This document shows positions 25,623-30,048 of a DNA stretch of 30,048 nt, in pieces; positions within the stretch are counted from its first letter, which is position 1; every line of letters begins with the position of its first letter. Origin of the DNA: a virus. Lineage: Duplodnaviria > Caudoviricetes. The stretch spans positions 1 to 30,048 of IMG/VR virus record IMGVR_UViG_3300023197_000200; one strand, given 5' to 3'. Below the pieces are notes generated by a model. The model had not been told where the DNA came from. It did no database searches and was given only the letters and a program-made list of their open reading frames with translations. The position numbers were made by a program, and so were the translations under genes.

Positions 25623-26609
25623 ATGACCATTCGCGTCGAACCGACGAACGGCAGTGGTATCGACCGGCAAATCTCGTCGCGGCGGATCGCCGCCGCCACT
25701 CGCTACGCGGGGAGCGACTGGGTCGTCCCCGATACGCGAGACATCAACGCGACGCGGGACGGCGCCCTCGCGGCGGGGCCGCTCGGCGGCTTCGACCGCA
25801 TTGACGGCGACAACACGAATCAGTCGGTGCAGTTCGACACCGGGGAGGCGTTCGTCGGCGGGGCATACCTCGCGTCGGACGACACCACCGCCGCCGAGCA
25901 CACGGTCGGCCCGCTCTCCGACAACGCGACGACAACCATCTATCTCGGCTGGGACCTCTCAACGGCAGACACGCTCATCATCGGGCCGGCCGGCGACTTC
26001 GGCACCGACGACCCAAAGATCGAGTTGTGGGAGGTGACGACAGACGGGTCATCGATCACTGGCGATCAGGACCTCCGAACGACAGCGCCATCGAACGAAC
26101 GCGGCGAGGTCATCCTCGATATCACCGACACCGATGACACGACCGAGTTGAGCGTCGATACCGGCACCATCGCCTCGCCATACCCACAGTACGAGATCTG
26201 GATCGAGCGCGAGAAGAGCGGCAGTGAAGACTACATGAACCTCCGGGTCAATGGCGTCTCGTCGGGTGACTACTTTTACGATTACTACGACGCCCTCAAC
26301 GACGTTGGTGACTCACAAGACAACCAGAGTAGCTTCGGCAAGCTCGCGGGCGTCGACCAGGATGGCGGTGGGAAGCCAACGGTGTGTCAACAGCGCGTTA
26401 TCGTCGGCGTCCCACAGAATATCCCGCGTGTTACCACCGATTACGACCCGATGATCTGGACGCGAGACGAGGGTGTCGGCAAAAACATCGACTACGTCCT
26501 CGAAGGGCACCTCAACGTTGAGCAAACGATCATTGACCGTATCGAGGTGTTCAACGGCACGAACAGCGCCGGGCGCATCCAAATCCGCGGCCTCGACCCG
26601 TTTAAGTGA
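25623..26609 (+). CDS. Tail fibre / receptor-binding protein candidate
   Basis: N-terminal DTGEAFVGG...IYLGW anchor-like domain followed by a beta-rich C-terminal domain. Confidence 0.6.
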   Translation: MTIRVEPTNGSGIDRQISSRRIAAATRYAGSDWVVPDTRDINATRDGALAAGPLGGFDRIDGDNTNQSVQFDTGEAFVGGAYLASDDTTAAEHTVGPLSDNATTTIYLGWDLSTADTLIIGPAGDFGTDDPKIELWEVTTDGSSITGDQDLRTTAPSNERGEVILDITDTDDTTELSVDTGTIASPYPQYEIWIEREKSGSEDYMNLRVNGVSSGDYFYDYYDALNDVGDSQDNQSSFGKLAGVDQDGGGKPTVCQQRVIVGVPQNIPRVTTDYDPMIWTRDEGVGKNIDYVLEGHLNVEQTIIDRIEVFNGTNSAGRIQIRGLDPFK

Positions 26610-26621
26610 TGCTGCTACAGG

Positions 26622-26635
26622 GAGTAATTTAAGGG
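26622..26635 (+). promoter_or_regulatory. Putative TATA box (TTTAAG at 26628-26633) for the HNH gene
   Basis: Haloarchaeal-type TATA element about 27 nt upstream of a structured leader. Confidence 0.5.
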
Positions 26636-26723
26636 TCTGTGTGCCGTTAACGCGTCTAAGGAGCGCGGTTTCGCTTAGAAGGCCGGTGGTTGGAACACCG
26701 ACCACGCTCCGGGCTACCGAAGC

Positions 26724-27425
26724 ATGTCAAAACAAGACTCTCACTCAGATAGGTCTGACGCAGAATGTCCGACTTGCGGCCGTGATGGTTTCGCTAACCG
26801 ACGGGCGATGAAGGTTCACCACGCGGCAAAACACGATGAAAAACTACCCCATGGTGAACCAGTTGAGTGCGACTGGTGTGGGGAAACTACCTACAAATAT
26901 CCATCCCGGATACAGAGAGCGAAAAATAGCTTTTGCAGTGTTGACTGTCAAATGGAATGGCGAGAAGCCACTGGCGCATTCAAAGATGAAAACCACCCCG
27001 AATGGGTTGATTACGCGCAAGTTGAGTGTGCTTGGTGCGGCGATGCAATCCAACGACAACAGCACCGAGTGCGCTGCCAGAACCAATTCTGCGACCACGA
27101 GTGTTACGCAGAATACCGCTCCGAGAACTATCATGGCGAAAATTATCCCGGTGATGGTACCGGCGACGGAATATACGGTGAAAGGTGGACAAACGCAAAG
27201 AAACGACGGATCCGGCGGCGTGATGAGTTCACCTGCCAAGGGTGCGGGAAGTCACAAGAACAACACCAAGAAGAATATGGGCAAAAGCTACACGTCCACC
27301 ACATCACCCCTGCTCAAAAGCTATCGGACGAACCGCCAGAAACCCGGCATGATGAAAGTAACCTCATCACATTCTGCACAAAATGCCACATCCGCTGGGA
27401 AGGTATCGAACTGAAACCGCAGTAG
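26724..27425 (+). CDS. HNH homing endonuclease with N-terminal Zn fingers
   Basis: C2H2 finger CPTCG...HHAAKH, two CxWCG...FCxxxC repeats, RRDEFTCQGCG...HVHHITP...NLITFCTKCH; AT-rich relative to the flanks. Confidence 0.92.
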   Translation: MSKQDSHSDRSDAECPTCGRDGFANRRAMKVHHAAKHDEKLPHGEPVECDWCGETTYKYPSRIQRAKNSFCSVDCQMEWREATGAFKDENHPEWVDYAQVECAWCGDAIQRQQHRVRCQNQFCDHECYAEYRSENYHGENYPGDGTGDGIYGERWTNAKKRRIRRRDEFTCQGCGKSQEQHQEEYGQKLHVHHITPAQKLSDEPPETRHDESNLITFCTKCHIRWEGIELKPQ

Positions 27426-27457
27426 CAGCACGCAACACACACGGATTTTAATCAACC

Positions 27458-28480
27458 ATGGCAGAAAGCGACGCAAAGGTGACGAGACGTAACGATGTCG
27501 TCCCCGGCGACGGGCAAGACGAGCCAGCCGATGGGTCGACAAGCACGATTACTTGGTCCGATCCTAATAAAGTCAACTACGCGGACGCACTACAACATGC
27601 CCTCTTACGGATGGGCGAGGACCTCGGTCGTGTCGGCCCGCTGTCCGAGCGGCCGAGCGCCGGCAGCGACGAGCCGGTGTGGTGGCTCGTCACCGGAGAG
27701 CCGGCCTCGCCGTACTGGACCTACAACGACGGGTCGTCATGGGTGCTCATGGACCAGTTCGCCGACGGCGTCGAAGTCGGTGCCGACGCACAGGACACGA
27801 TCGTCGCGAGTGGGCCGGTGTCGTTCAGTGGCAGCGCCGATCGCGACCTCCACATCCAGACCGACTTGACAATCCAGAACACCACTGGCTCAAGCGCGAC
27901 CGAGGACGTGACAGTCACGCTCTACGATGGGGTCGACGCGAACGGAACGCAGCTGCTCACTGAGACGACATCCGTGAGCGTCAACGCGACATCGTCGACG
28001 ACGGAGACGTTCATCGCCACCGAACAGCAGCTCGACACCGGCGACTACTATCTGGATATCACGTATTCGGGCTCGACGCTAGAGACGGCGACCGACGGCG
28101 TGGCTGAGCAGACGCGTGGGGCGACGTACGCGTGGGACGAGGATGCCGATGGGACGGGGCGGCTTCGTGACACCCGCCGCGGCGTCACGATCCTCACGGT
28201 CGACCCGATCGATGGGACGATCGACCTCCAAAACAACGCGACTAACGTCACTAACGGGGTCGCAAGCGGAACCGCGACCCTCTCCAGCGGCACGGCCGTC
28301 GTTGATACCGGGTACCAGACGGACACGACTGCGTTCTACGACGTGCAGCTCAACCCGGATGGGTGCGACATCGCCGCGTCACTCGATTCGACCGGCTCAA
28401 CCTACGAGATCCACCTCGAGGAGAACACGTCGAGTGTCGGGAACCCGGATGTCAAGTGGCGGCTCGTGAGGTCTCCGTAA
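27458..28480 (+). CDS. Tail fibre / virion structural protein (340 aa)
   Basis: GPLSERPSAG...WWLVT...YNDGSSW fibre-like repeat, Thr-rich beta domain, SGTATLSSG C-terminal domain. Confidence 0.6.
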   Translation: MAESDAKVTRRNDVVPGDGQDEPADGSTSTITWSDPNKVNYADALQHALLRMGEDLGRVGPLSERPSAGSDEPVWWLVTGEPASPYWTYNDGSSWVLMDQFADGVEVGADAQDTIVASGPVSFSGSADRDLHIQTDLTIQNTTGSSATEDVTVTLYDGVDANGTQLLTETTSVSVNATSSTTETFIATEQQLDTGDYYLDITYSGSTLETATDGVAEQTRGATYAWDEDADGTGRLRDTRRGVTILTVDPIDGTIDLQNNATNVTNGVASGTATLSSGTAVVDTGYQTDTTAFYDVQLNPDGCDIAASLDSTGSTYEIHLEENTSSVGNPDVKWRLVRSP

Positions 28481-29145
28481 TGACCCTTGTCAGCGCAGGG
28501 ATAATCAATGACGCGGGAGGATCAGCAATAATCGACTCGTACGAGGATGGTGACCTGTCGGAGTACACCTACTGGAATGAAGACTCGACATCCGAGTTCG
28601 TCGTTACAGACGCGAGCAACCTCTCTTTTCCAGCGGTCGATGGAAGCAACGTTTTGGAGGTCGCGGATAGTGGGAGTGTCTCATACATTTACTCTCTCCC
28701 GGGAGACGGCTTAGACAATTACTTCTCAAAGGGAAATACGGCGACGTTCTATATGCGACAGGAGTCCACCACGGACAACCGGGTTTCGTTTTTATTTGGG
28801 GTGGAGGATGAGCAAAACAGCTACTGGGCGACCCTGCAATGGAACAGATTCTACGGTGCGAAGATCGAAGTGCAAGACAGCTCGGGTTCGACAACACTTG
28901 CGAATAACAGTAACCACGACTTGAACGCAAGCACGTGGTACGAGTTAGAAGTCACATGGGATGACGGAACCCTTGGCGGCTCGGATAATGACATCACGCT
29001 CAACGTGAGTGAGGGGATCGATGGCCCCACAGTCATGACGCTCTCCGTAAACGATTCGACACACGCGGGAAACTCGGGAGTCGGAGTCCGGGCGAAAGAC
29101 AAGTCCGAGATACTCTACTGCGATTACGCGCACCTATCAGGGTGA
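28480..29145 (+). CDS. Putative adhesin with a lectin / ConA-like beta-sandwich (221 aa)
   Basis: Start at ATG 28480 (TAATG overlap); IIDSYEDGDLSEY...WYELEVTW...DSTH...GVGV pattern. Confidence 0.6.
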   Translation: MTLVSAGIINDAGGSAIIDSYEDGDLSEYTYWNEDSTSEFVVTDASNLSFPAVDGSNVLEVADSGSVSYIYSLPGDGLDNYFSKGNTATFYMRQESTTDNRVSFLFGVEDEQNSYWATLQWNRFYGAKIEVQDSSGSTTLANNSNHDLNASTWYELEVTWDDGTLGGSDNDITLNVSEGIDGPTVMTLSVNDSTHAGNSGVGVRAKDKSEILYCDYAHLSG

Positions 29146-29148
29146 ACA

Positions 29149-29535
29149 ATGAGCACGTCTGAAACGCAGTATGATAGGTGGTGTGTCGTTCCGGCGACGA
29201 CGGAGCCGCTCGGAGAAGATGGTGATCTGACGATCCCGACCTTTCACAATAAGAGCGGTATCGATGGGTGGTCCGGGACGATCATCCCGCGCTCCTCGCT
29301 TGACGATTTTTATGCGGGGTGGCTGGCGAACCATCCGAACACGGATGAGTTCTACGTCGTGCGCTTCTACGCGACGGGAGACTCGGGGTATGCCGCGCTC
29401 AACGAGATGGCCGTCACCTTTGACTGCCTCGTGATGTCGGAGCAGTCTCACAACATTGCAGACGTGCTGAACACGCGCATCCCCGGAGAGAGTCGGACAG
29501 GTGACCAGTGGGCACAGTCGTTTCGAATAAGCTAA
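29149..29535 (+). CDS. Hypothetical protein (128 aa)
   Basis: Closely packed ORF with plausible composition. Confidence 0.7.
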   Translation: MSTSETQYDRWCVVPATTEPLGEDGDLTIPTFHNKSGIDGWSGTIIPRSSLDDFYAGWLANHPNTDEFYVVRFYATGDSGYAALNEMAVTFDCLVMSEQSHNIADVLNTRIPGESRTGDQWAQSFRIS

Positions 29536-29550
29536 CGCGAGACATTCACA

Positions 29551-30048
29551 ATGACACAAGGAGTCCCAAACGGTTCGGGCGGTGTGGTATTGCCGATCAA
29601 CCAGCTCATAAAACTCGGCTCAGGCTTTGAGGTAATCAGTGGATGCGGCTCAATCCTCTCGGCATCAAGCACGGACATTCAACTCCAAATCACATCGGGG
29701 CGGATCCGTCACAATGGCGATGAGGTGGTCGTCGCAGAACAAACCGTCACGCTCCAACAAGGGGATCCAAACTACCCGAGACAAGACGTCATTTGGATAG
29801 ACCGCTTCGGCGACGCACGCATCGCAGCGGGTGAGGCCCGCGAGGCCATCCCGAACGATAAAACCGGGATGGAGGTGTTTTCGCCGCCCCCGCAGTCAGG
29901 CGCGACGATAGACGGCGTCCCGGTCGCCTCTGTCTGGGTCCCAGCAGAGACCGAGTCGTCCGATGAGTTGACAAACACGGATAACGTCTTCGACCTCCGT
30001 GTCGGCGGCGTCGTCGGGGGGGGGGGCATACGTGCCGCATCGAGATGA
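29551..30048 (+). CDS. Tail fibre-like protein N-terminal domain, possibly frameshifted at a G11 tract
   Basis: GDPNYPRQDVI...VPVASVWVPA...DLR anchor-like motif; the stop comes shortly after a G homopolymer. Confidence 0.6.
   Translation: MTQGVPNGSGGVVLPINQLIKLGSGFEVISGCGSILSASSTDIQLQITSGRIRHNGDEVVVAEQTVTLQQGDPNYPRQDVIWIDRFGDARIAAGEAREAIPNDKTGMEVFSPPPQSGATIDGVPVASVWVPAETESSDELTNTDNVFDLRVGGVVGGGGIRAASR

Larger units (their letters stand above)
1..30048 (+). mobile_element. Haloarchaeal tailed virus / provirus segment (Caudoviricetes, siphovirus-like morphogenesis module)
   Basis: Canonical order TerS-TerL-portal-MuF-protease-MCP-neck-tail tube-TAC-tape measure-tail tip. D/E-rich proteins, overlapping ATGA/GTGA junctions, no sheath gene. 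No integrase or att site in the window, so free virus and provirus cannot be told apart. Confidence 0.95.

Noticed and set aside
1-30048. CRISPR array, diversity-generating retroelement, invertase system, intein
   Set aside because: No regular repeat-spacer array, reverse transcriptase, recombinase or intein motifs were noticed; TerL has a normal length.

Overview
GC-rich window with acidic predicted proteins and tightly packed + strand genes. It is the late (morphogenesis) half of a haloarchaeal tailed virus or provirus. No sheath gene is seen, so it is probably a siphovirus. Gene order: small early/middle genes, a C5 DNA methyltransferase and an HTH gene; then an accessory block with a tRNA-Phe(GAA), an unannotated structured non-coding region ending in a tRNA-like element, several Zn-finger microproteins, a 2-TM protein and a PD-(D/E)XK nuclease; then TerS, a Cys-His-Asp protein, TerL, extended portal, MuF/gp7, a multi-module prohead protease-scaffold protein, decoration protein, HK97-type major capsid protein, neck genes, tail tube, tail assembly chaperone with a -1 frameshift site, tape measure, hub/baseplate and tail fibre/adhesin genes, with one intact and one broken HNH gene. 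The two most unusual signals are (1) a structured RNA of about 250 nt bracketed by a tRNA and a tRNA mimic, and (2) portal and protease proteins carrying extra modules separated by a recurring A-x-L motif, suggesting protease-processed polyproteins. All product calls come from motifs and gene order read by eye; no database searches were run.
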